64,000 nucleotides of DNA from a bacterium (lineage in GTDB: Bacteria; Auribacterota; Auribacteria; Auribacterales; Auribacteraceae), in NCBI GenBank assembly GCA_024233545.1, contig JACKPL010000003.1, forward strand, positions 64,584-128,583. The letters are read 5' to 3'. The translations under genes were made by a program, and so were the position numbers. The notes beneath the pieces were generated by a model, which had not been told where the DNA came from, ran no database searches, and was given only the letters and a program-made list of their open reading frames with translations. Shown one piece after another: positions 33,440 through 45,400 of this stretch; within the stretch, counting starts at the first letter, position 1; every line of letters begins with the position of its first letter.

Positions 33440-36400
33440 ATGATGAATACAGTAGGTGGTACAAGGGGTGGATATCCGCCTATAGTGAAATCTGTTTATT
33501 GTCTTTCTTTTTTCCTCTTGCTTATCCTTTCAGCTTCCTCCGTTTTCCCCATTGATTTAAGCGTAACAGGAACCACAACTTCAATCGATTCGGTACGTTC
33601 ACAGGTACAAGGTACTAATACTGCGGGAACAAGTTCGGTCAGCGTAGCCAATGGATCGTTATTTACTGTTGGCGCACAGGTGTTTATCATCACGATGCAG
33701 GGCAGTTCCATCGGTGAATATGAGTTCAATACAATAGCCGGCATCTCTTCCAATACGTTGAATTTGCAGAATGTCCTCTCCCACACCTATGGAACAAGCG
33801 CTCAGGTAATCCAAGTAACGGAATACGGAACGGTAACTGTTTCCAACAGCGGTATTCTGACCTGCTCAGATTGGGATGGTTCGACTGGCGGTGTCTTAGT
33901 GATAAAAGCCTCTGGTGTGGTAGTTGATTCAACGAGTTTTATAGATACTTCAGCAAAAGGTTTTCTCTCTACAACAGGCACGGGTGCAGGAACTTCCGCT
34001 ACAAGTAGCAATGGCGCCGGCGGCGGAGCGTACGGCGGCGATGGCGGTGACGGTTACAGCGGGTATGCAGGCGGTACGGGCTATGGATTGATTCATCAGC
34101 CGGCCTGCATGGGGTCTGCCGGCGGACGTAATACGACATACAGCAATAACGGCGGCGACGGCGGTGGAATCGTTTTTATCGAAGCGAGCGGGACAGTGAC
34201 GGTCAACGGTGTTATCCGGAGCAATGGGCAGAATTCTCCAAACAGCCATTCTTATAACGGCGGTGCCGGAGCCGGCGGGTCGATTTTCATTTCTGCCGCT
34301 TCCATAACGGGTACCAATGGGGCGTCATATATGGAAGCATCCGGTGGATCGAATAATTCGACAAGCTATCGCGGCGGCGGTGGCGGCGGCGGGCGTATTG
34401 CCATCCATTGTGCCGCAGGGTCATATTCTTATTCCGGAGAACTCAAAGCATTTGGCGGTAGCGGGTACAACGGTTTTTACGGTGGTGCCGGAACCATTTA
34501 TACAAAAAAAGGCACGGATGAAAATATCGATATCGTCAACATCGATTATAACTGCGATTATACACAATTGGCTCATGATGGCACGGATATTTCAGTCAAT
34601 GTTATGTACGTCGAATGGGCTCGGTTGAATTATGTCAATTTTGAAGGGTGTACCATCCTCGATGTGCGTAACAGTGATTTGACTCTGAACCCTTCTTCAG
34701 ATGCTGAATTCGACACAGTTGTTTTTGCGGTCGACTTGTCAGGAACCCGAACGCTTGCCCTCGCTCAAAATGTGACAGTTAATACGGTTACCGTTGCAGG
34801 ATTGAACGAATCGAACCATGCAAATCTCACGCTTTCGGGCGGAACCAATATTACTGATAAAATCAACTTGAACGGCTATACATCGCTGACAAATAGTACC
34901 GACATGGCGGTTCCGGTAAAAATTTATTTAAGCAATAATGATAATGATATTACGAATAATGCGGGCAACCATTTGCGGTTTGCTAACTTTGAACTCGGAA
35001 ATAATTCCAATTGCACTAATAATGGCACGATAGAAGTATTAAATGACCTGATTTCTGTTCCAAACGGCAGTATCATTCAAGGTTCCGGTTCGTTTTATGA
35101 TAACGACAATAACCTTATTGTATATTCAGGCGGAACATATGTGTCTCAAACAGCTGATGCCGAATACTTTAATAATATAGAATTTCAGTCCGGCGCAACA
35201 GTATATCATCTTGGTAACTCGACGGCGGAGTCGTATAAACTTCATTTTGTATGTAGCGGCAACTTTACTATTCAGGACGGGGTAACCATTGATCTTACCG
35301 GTAAAGGATATCGGTACGCAAGCGGTCCCGGTGCAGGAAACGATGCATTGTATTATTCCGGATGCGTATACAATCATTATTCATACAATTATTATTACAA
35401 TGGCGGCGGCGGCGCGGCTCACGGCGGAAATGGTTCTGATGCCTACCAGCTCAGCGGGAACTATGGAAAAGGCGGAGACCAATATGGTGATATTTCCAAC
35501 CCTGTTAATATCGGTTCAGGCGGTGGAAACGGTAAATATACTTATCTTGGATATGCGTACTATGCCTGCTATTCTGTAACCACATATCAGGGCGGTTACG
35601 GCGGTGGTGCGTTCATTGCTGATATTGCTGGGACATTTACCTTAAACGGAACGATTAAAGTCAACGGGACAAACGGCACTTCCGGTTCAGGTAATGCATC
35701 AGGCGGCGGCGGCGCAGGCGGATCGGTGAATATTTCATGTAATGATTTTATCGGTACGAATGTATCGGCGAGTATTGAAGCCAACGGCGGTAGCCGGTAT
35801 TCCGGACAATACGGCGGCGGTGGTGCCGGCGGACGCATTTCAATAAAAGCCGATTCATCGTATTCTTTTGCCGGTTCTTTATCCTCTTACGGCGGTAACG
35901 GCAAAGGAACGAGCTCTTCTTCAAGCTATACTGTATACGGCGGCGCAGGAACGATCTATGTAAAAAATGGTTCGCAAGATTCATTGACAGTCAAAAATGC
36001 AATTACCCAAACGGACTTTATTACCAGCGATTTAACCACGATTAACGACTCGGAAATTCTCCAAGACGGAACCGTGCTTGATCTTCAAGGTGTTAATGTC
36101 GATATGACGGTTGGGATGTCTGTCAATACGGTGAGCATCATCGATTCCCAAGTAAACGCCGCAACAGCATCTGATATTACCATCAATACGGTTACGGTTT
36201 CTACCCCATCCACCCGCAACAGCACCTTCCATTTAGGAAGTGTTACGGGAAATGTTTCGATTACCACCATGAACGTTACCGGCTACAATGCTTCATACCG
36301 CGGGCAATCTACCGTGCCGGAAAACAGCATACTTATGTATTTGGAACTCAACGGATATACAACAATATATAATTACGGCACTATTGCAACCGCTGTTCTT

Positions 36401-39400
36401 AACAATACCGATAACGACATTTATAACTATTCAAGCGGTTCCATAGGATTTCCCGTTTTGATTATCACAAACGGGAGTACATTTTTCAATGCTGGGATTT
36501 TTGCCGTCGGCGATAACAACCTGACAGTAGAAAGCGGCGGTACATTTCAATCTCAAACCGCCGCCCCCATGACGTTCAATACGGTATGGATTAAAAACGG
36601 CGCGACGGTTACACAATCCGCATCAACGGCATCCAACGAGTATAAAATATATTTTATATGTACAGATTTTACCTTGGAACAAGGCGCAACAATCAACGCA
36701 AGTTTTAAAGGTTATCCGAACACACAAGGACCGGGTAAAGGTATGTCTACCTCGTCATCCAGTTACGGTGCCGCGGGCGGTTCGTATGGCGGTAACGGAA
36801 GCAACGGATATAATGTTGAAGTAGAATGCGAGGGATACGGTTTAATAACTGATCCGGTATATGTCGGTTCGGGCGGCGGCGACAATACCTATAGTTCCCT
36901 TTCCCGCGGCGGATACGGCGGCGGCGCAGTAATTCTTGAAGTAGCAAACACGGCGGTTATCAATGGATATATCTATGTAAACGGAGAACCTGCATCAAGC
37001 GGCGGGACTTCGCGCCATGGCGGCGGCGGTTCAGGCGGTGCAGTTAATATCGAAGCCGCAAATATCTCACTCGGTTCGACAGCACGGTTGGAAGCAAAAG
37101 GCGGTAGCCGCTATTCGTCATATAACGGCGGCGGCGGCGGCGGCGGGCGTATTGCGTTGAAAGCTTCCTCGAGCATGACAATCGATCCGAGTTCGGTTGT
37201 TGAATATTACGGCGGGCAAGGATACAACTCGATTTACGGCGGCGCAGGGACATACTATACGAAACTTGGATCGGTTGAAAAACTCTTTATTCAAGGAACA
37301 AATCAAAATCGCGCTCAGACAATAATAGACGATACTGCCGAACCGATTAACCTTACGTTGCTCTCTTTGAATCAAGCTACCGTCGATCTCCTTTCGCTGA
37401 CTGGATGTACTGAATTGCAGGTAGTCAACACCGACCTTATGTTTCTGCCGACAAACGCTATAACGATTGATACCGTAGCTATTTCCCTCGTTTCGTCTGC
37501 GTTGAATAATAGGCGTTCAACATTCGGCGCTTTGGTTGATATGGCTAATGTTACTGTCCAAGGATACAATGCTTCCCGCCATGCTGAACTTGAACTGGTA
37601 AACGGCGCTGATATTACAGCAAGCCTGCAGACAAACGGATACACAACAGTATACAATAATACTTCGATAAACCTTCCCGCAACATTTACTATGTCGGGGA
37701 CAGACAACGATATATATAATTATTCTTCAGGAATTATCATATTGCCGACATTTGTCGTATCTGCCAACTCCTATGTTCAGGATTTCGGAACGATTACGCC
37801 CGTTGACACTAATCTCACTATCAATAGCGGCGGAATATATGATATCGCAAAAAATGCAACTCTAACATATACCAATGTAATAGTGAGCGGAACCCTGACG
37901 CATACTCAGGATACTGCAAACAACTGCGATATCGACATAATTTGTACAGGCAACCTTACCGTTTCCGGAACGATCGATGCTTCCGGCAGGGGATATGTGC
38001 AGGATGACGGCGCAGGCAAAGGGACAAGCACCTCAAACAGTAGTTACGGCGGCGGCGGCGCAGGGCACGGCGGACGCGGTTCCGAAGCATATAGCGCAAT
38101 AAGCGGCGGTTCTCAATACGGAGTCATAAAACATCCCGTTACTTACGGTTCAGGCGGCGGTTCAAATACCTATTACAATTATCTCGGCGGTTCGGGCGGC
38201 GGGCGAGTCAAGCTTGTTGTTGCGGGGACTGCTACTGTTCAAGGTACTATCAAGACAAATGGAATAAGCGCACCGAATGGCGGTAGTTCGCGTTCGGGCG
38301 GCGGCGGATCGGGCGGAAGTATCTGGATTGATACTTCAGTTTTAACCGGAACCGGTTCTATACAATCCAACGGAGGCGACAACTATTCTTCTTCATCATA
38401 TTATGGCGGCGGCGGCGCGGGCGGGCGGATAGCAATCTATACAAGTTCCAGCAACTCTTTCAATGACAGTCAATATATCGCTTCAGGCGGTAGAGGGTAT
38501 AATAATTTCTACGGAGCCGCCGGAACAATTTATGTCAATAATAACGCAGTTGAAAGTCTCATCGTGAAAAACAGTTCTACTTCTCAAAGAGAATTGACTG
38601 TTATAGAGAATGACAACGAAACCCCGTCTGATCTCGAAATATTTAAAATCCAAAATGCAAATATCCAGATTGATAAACTGGCAACTGTATCGATGATGGA
38701 TGTTGACGATTCCGATGTCAATCTTAACCTTTCTGCGGCATGTAGTATTAACCAACTTGATTTTGTTGTAGGCGTTGCGGTAAGCAATAGAACACTTACC
38801 GTGCCGGCAATGGCTGATATCGTATCGCTTATGTTCGATGGGCATAATTCATCGTACCGCGCTATTGTTACCCTTGCGGACGGTGTCGATATCACAAATT
38901 CAATTACTTTGAACGGTTATACGACACTTCATAATTATACGGTCATAAACCTGCCGTATGGTTTCCATATGAATAATACGGATAACATTATTTATAACTA
39001 TGGCACCGGCCATATTACTTTTGCATCCTTAATCATAAGCGGCACGGCGATTCATAATGATGGGACAATCGTGAGCCAAGATAAAACAATCACAATCAAT
39101 AGCGGCAGTACTTTCTACGTCAACAGCCAGATGCCCTTACCCGACTATGATTTGATTGTGAATTCCGGCGGAACATATTTCTGCCAGACTGCTGTACCGA
39201 TTCAATTCCGTCACGTCACCGTTAATACCGGCGGAATAATGACGCATGATTCGAATACGAATACGCCTGCATATAAATTAGCATTTGACTGTTCAGGAAA
39301 CTTCACGCTCAATACCGGCGGTTTAATAGATGTGAACGGCAAAGGATATACGTATGATCAAGGCCCCGGCAAAGGCACTCAGCCGACAAACAGCTCCTAT

Positions 39401-42400
39401 GGCGGCGGCGGAGCCGGATACGGCGGCGACGGAAGCGATGCCTATAACAACACTGTTTCTGCCGGGCAAGGCGGCAGTGCATTCGGACAACTCAACAATT
39501 CTACCGAACTCGGATCGGGCGGAGGAAGCACCTACAATGGAACCTATGGCAACGGGAGCGCTGGCGGCGGCGCAGTTATACTTGACATCGCCGGAACACT
39601 AACTCTTGACGGTACAATCAGGGCAAATGCGGCTGATGTAACGTCCGGTTCAAGCAGTCGATGCGGCGGCGGAGGAGCTGGCGGTTCGGTGCATATGCAG
39701 GCATCGGTTATTACTGGAACAAATACCTCTGCGATAATCGAGTCAAAAGGCGGAAAACGGTATTCAAGTTACTATGGCGGCGGCGGAGCTGGCGGGCGTA
39801 TTGCGTTGATCTGCACAACCTATTCGTATTCAGGAGATTTTAATGCCGCCGGCGGACAAGGTTATTACAAAAACGGCGGTACTGGAACCGTATATATCGA
39901 AGACAGCGCCGTAAAACATGTTAAAGTTATTGGAAGCTTGCCTTCATCATCTTCAATCCCTGAATATGAGTTAACTCCAATAAAAGATAACGATTCCGTT
40001 CCGTCAATTGTAGCGACGTATGAAATCGATTCGGCAAATGTGGAAATCAACAAACTGCAAACCTGTGAAACAATGACGTTGATTGATGCAGATGTGAATA
40101 TCAATACATCCTCAACATGCACAATCAATACGGCAACGCATACCGTTCATAATAACACCTATAAACATCGGCGAATAACCTGCCAACCGAATACAGTGAT
40201 TAAAGATTTTACCGCTCAGGGAACCGTTACTTCCTATCATGCGGAATTAGAGCTGATAAACGGTTCGTCGATCAAAGACCATCTTGCAACAAACGGGTAT
40301 ACGACCCTGTACAATTATACAACGATAACTCTTCCTTCCGCTCCGAATGATTTTTCTCGCAGTGGAACGGATAACGATATTTACAATTATGAAACAGGGA
40401 ACATAACCCTCCCTACTCTGGTTGTTACGCAATATTCGTATATTCAGGATTTCGGCGTCATCACTCCGGTCGATACCGATCTTACGATCGACAATGGCGG
40501 AACCTATGACATTGCAAAAAATGCCGCCCTTACTTTTACTGATGTCATTGTGAACGGTACGCTCACCCATACGCAAAATACAACATCGGGATATAAAATT
40601 AAGCTTGTTGTCACCAATGGATGTACCGTCGGTGCCACAGGATTGATTGATGCAGTAGGAAAAGGGTATGGTTCCGAACAGGGGCCCGGAGCCGGCGCCA
40701 ACCAGAATGTATCGAACAGTTCATATGCCGGCGGCGGCGGCGCGTATGGCGGTTGGGGCGGAAAATCATATAATAACCTTGCGAATACCAATCCGCCTTA
40801 TGGCTCTCTCACTAATCCGGTTGATTACGGTTCGGGCGGCGGGCGAAACACATATTACAGTTTTCCGGCAGGGTCAGGCGGCGGCATTGTCGATATCACT
40901 GTTGCCGGTTCTTTAACTGTCTCCGGAACGATTCGATGCGACGGTTCAAACAGCGATCAGAAAGGCGGCGGCGGGTCAGGAGGATCCATTAAACTTGTTA
41001 CTAATATTTTGACCGGAACTTCGACGGGAATGATAGCCAGCAACGGCGGAAATAAGTATACCTATGGCGGCGGCGGTTCAGGAGGAAGAATTGCGGTATA
41101 TTGTAATTCAAACAGTTATGCCGGCCAGTTCCAAGCGTCCGGCGGAGACGGCTATAATCATTCCACAAACCGGTATGGCGGAGCAGGAACCGTTTATATT
41201 GATGCAAACGGCTCAAAAACCATACAAGTTAAAAATACCTATAGCGGATATAAGGCGCCAACCATTATTGATAACGATGCCGCTATTCCGGCAACAGTTG
41301 AGAACTATATAATCGAAAATGCCGATCTGACTGTAAAAAAACTTACCGGCTGTACATCAATGTCTGTAAAAGATTCAATAATAGTATTTGACAATATCGG
41401 CGTTGCGAATATTACGAATATGACCGTTCAGGGTTCGAATACATCTTACGGTAAGTCGGTTGTCACTATTCCTGCCAGTATGTCGATTACCAATCAAATG
41501 ATACTGAACGGATATTCACTGTTGAATAATTATGGGCAAATCAATCTTCTGCAGTTAAATAACAATTACAATGATGTCTACAATTATACCGGCGCTGTTG
41601 CGGCGGCGCCAACCTTAGATTTGCACCAGTACTCTAATTTTGCGAATTACGGCGCGTTTTCGATTCAGGACGGAAATCTGGTAATTGGAAATGCAAGCAC
41701 CTATACGGTAACGGATAAAACACAACTTACATTTAACAATGTGACTATTCAGTCTGGAGGCATTTTAACACATCTGCCGAATACCAATCAGGAATTATAT
41801 AAGGTCAATATATATTGTACAGGGAATTTTGATATTCAGTCCGGCGGCAAAATAGATGTAAGTGCGAAAGGCTATTCTGCCAGCGAAGGCCCCGGTGCAG
41901 GCAGTGACATATCGACTTCGAGCTATGGCGGCGGCGGCGCATCGTATGGCGGGTTAGGGTCGCAAGGATATTCAAACGTTGCGGCGGGTGTGTCATACGG
42001 TTCCATAAGTAACCCGACCGACCTTGGTTCAGGCGGCGGCACCAACACTTATCAGAATTATCAAGGCGGCGCGGGCGGCGGCGCGGTGATTCTTGATGTT
42101 GACGGGACATTCACAATCAACGGATATATTTATGCAGACGGTGGAACTCCATCTACTTTGACAACCTACAATGGCGGCGGCGGGTCGGGAGGATCGGTTA
42201 ACATTACAGCTACAACGCTTAATGGTTCCGGATACATCTATGCAAAAGGGGCGTATAACGGAAGTACCGGATATTACGGCGGCGGAGGAGGCGGCGGGCG
42301 TATTGCTATTTCTTGTGCCGCCAATAATCATTCCTATCCCGATCGGTTTCAAGCCTATGGAAATTATGGAAGGTCTACCGGCACCTATTACCGAGGCGGC

Positions 42401-45400
42401 GCCGGAACAGTCTATATTAAGGTAGGCGGCAACGAACAATTACGGATTGTCAACGATTCCAATTATTACCAAGCTCCTACCCCTCTCGAGGTTCCTTTGA
42501 ACATTGATATGCTGTGGCTCGATAGAGCGGTTGTAATTCTTGATAATGAAGGAATGGCATTCGATACTGTTTCGGTATTAAATTCGCAATTGACTATCGA
42601 TACCGTCGGCAATACTTCTATTTCCGATCTGAACATAACTCAAAACACCACGCAGTACAATAGTTACCATACAACATTAGGCGAAAATGTGACAGTGCAG
42701 AATGCAACGACATATAGTACGAGCACCTCATATTATGCATATTTTACACTAGAAGAAGGTGCGGCGGTTGCAAATAACCTTACTATGGGCGGCAACTCAT
42801 ATGTTTATAACCACGGTTCTATCGGAGGCTTAACAAGGACTGCCGGACGGACATACAATTTACTCTATAACTATGATACTTCCACCATAACCGCAGCAAA
42901 CCTTAATCTCAATTCATACGATTATTTTCTTTATGACGGAACTGTAACGGTTGTCGATGCATCTCTTATGGATTTGCAGTCATACAGCACACTGGAATTT
43001 GCTTCAACCAGCCAGCTTGTTATCGATTCGGTGAGGGTTCGAGGCAACGCGCTCATAACCCATACCGCTAATGATAATTCAATAGAATCAATGGTTAATA
43101 TCCTCTGTTCCGGCGATTTCCAAATCGACCAGAACGGTAAGGTAGACGTTACCGCAAAAGGATATGCCGCAGGCAACGGGCCCGGACAAGGAACCGATGC
43201 TGAAACCGGTTTTAGCAACACGGGCGGCGGCGGCGGCGCATACGGCGGAAATGGCGGGCATCCGTACCGGTTTGCCAATGAAGGCGGTGAACGAGGCATT
43301 GCCTATGACAATGATTCTGTTAAAAATCCCCTTAATTTCGGATCAGGCGGCGGCGCAGGGTACCGTACCGCAACACCTTACTATGGAGGCGCTGGCGGCG
43401 GATTGATAAAATTGAACATCGGCGGAGCATTAAAATTAGACCGCAATTCATATATCCTTGCAGATGGCGCCAGTGCCACAACCGGTTCTTCCAGTACGTG
43501 CGGCGGCGGCGGTGCGGGTGGCGGAATCAATATCACGACGGCAACGCTCAGCTTTATCGGTACATCCGGGCAAGCATATATTGAAGCGGACGGTGGAAAC
43601 AGGTATTCGAGCTTCTACGGCGGCGGCGGCGGCGGCGGAAGAATTCATATCGGTTATCAAGCGTTCCCTGCTCCTGCGAGTTTCAGCATTCATGCGACAA
43701 AAGGAACAGGGTACTATACCGATGCGGCAAACGGCCCTGCAAACGGTACCGTCGATATCGCGGCAGACCCTGCCGGTACAATTACCGTTCTTGCTAGCCC
43801 TTCAACACTGCATGCCAACAGCAACGAAGTATCACATATAACAGCCGGCCCAGTGCGCGATTTTGTTGGACAGACAGTTGGCGACGGCACGGAAATTACA
43901 ATTGGCGCTACAAACGGTACAATTCTAAATGCCGCAGATATAAATCTTATTGAGCCGGGAATCCAATTATATACTGTCAGCGGATATGTCTATTTTGATC
44001 TGAAAGCGACTATCGGCACCCAGGCAGGAACCATTACGGTGAGCGCTGATTCCGTAGTCGGTTCAGCGGCAGGCGAGACAATGGTTTCCGTTGTTGTCGG
44101 CAATCCGACAGGAACGATTACCCTTACTCCAACACCTGCGCAAATTACAGCGGACGGATCGACGACGGCAATCATAACCAGCAACGCCTTGCATGATGAG
44201 TTCGGCAATACAATTCCTGCCGGACAATATGTTACGGTAAGCACTAACCGCGGCACAATTACAACTCCAGATGCGACAGGCACTATTGCCGGAAAACAAG
44301 TTGCTGTTCTCGCTGACGGAACGATTTCTTTTGTAATACAGAGCAGTACTAATGCCGGCAATGCGCTCATTTCAGCCGACTCACATCTCGGCGATGCGTA
44401 TGGTGAAGTTACGGTAAGCATGATACCCGGAGAACTGGATAAATTGATTGTGCTTATGCCGGGAGAATCATACAGTAAACCTGCGGGTTCGGGGAAAACC
44501 GGTGTTCCGTCGAACCGAACTGCAGGGTCAAGTTATATCGTAACTATAATGGCAGTCGATGAATACAATAATATTATCACTTCCAATACAGATACAGTAG
44601 AGCTTATCTCCAACCAAGAATTTTCAAATGTGTCTCCTTCTCAGCAAACATTCAACGGTATCAGCGGGCAAATGACTTTTTCTGTTACCGAATACATTGC
44701 CGATAGCGGAGTTATGCTTACCGTCAACAATATTTCAAATAGCGCGTTCAATACAACAAGCAGTGCGTATACTATCGGTAATGCGGTGCCTGCAAAACTG
44801 CAAATTCTGATGCCGGGTGAAACACTCTATTCCGGTTCGCCGACGGGTAAAACAGGCACGGCTGTCCATCAACGCGCCGGCCAGCCGTTTAACATTTATA
44901 TCAATATGGTTGATGCTTTTTTTAATATTGTTCAAGGGAGAAACGATACGGTAACACTTACTTCAAATGGCCCGAATGCTGTTTTGCCGGCAGTACAACT
45001 TGTTAACGGTACAGATTACGTCACCGTAACCGAAAACGATTTGAGCGGCGGTTTGACACGGCAGTTATCCGCATCGGTAACCGACCCGCAGATTAGCGAT
45101 GCCCAAAGCGTATTGTTCGGCGTGTTCAATTCTATTCCGAGTATCGTTTCGGTTGTTCCCAATGAATCTCGTCCGGGAATTACCAAAATTCTCACTGTTT
45201 CAGGTACGGAGTTCAGCAATGGCGCAACCGTCGAGTTTATCGGCGGAGGAATAGATGTGAACGACGTTACTTTTGTAGGCAACAGCGAATTGACGGTAAC
45301 TGTCTATGTTCAGCCTTCAGCGGCGGTTGGATATCGTGACGTTCGCATAATAAATCCCGATATGGCGGATGATGTCGGTTCCGCTATGTTCCGCGTGTGG

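Noticed and set aside
34000-43700. Periodic GGCGGCGGC-rich segments considered as a CRISPR-like or satellite array
   Set aside because: The periodicity is ~1.3 kb. The units are divergent, in-frame and code for Gly-rich protein motifs. There is no short repeat/spacer structure and there are no cas genes.
34000-43700. RTX/haemolysin-type calcium-binding repeats as an explanation for the Gly-rich motifs
   Set aside because: The GGxGxDxUx nonapeptide is absent. The Gly runs are GGGGAGG-type and embedded in a much larger ordered module.
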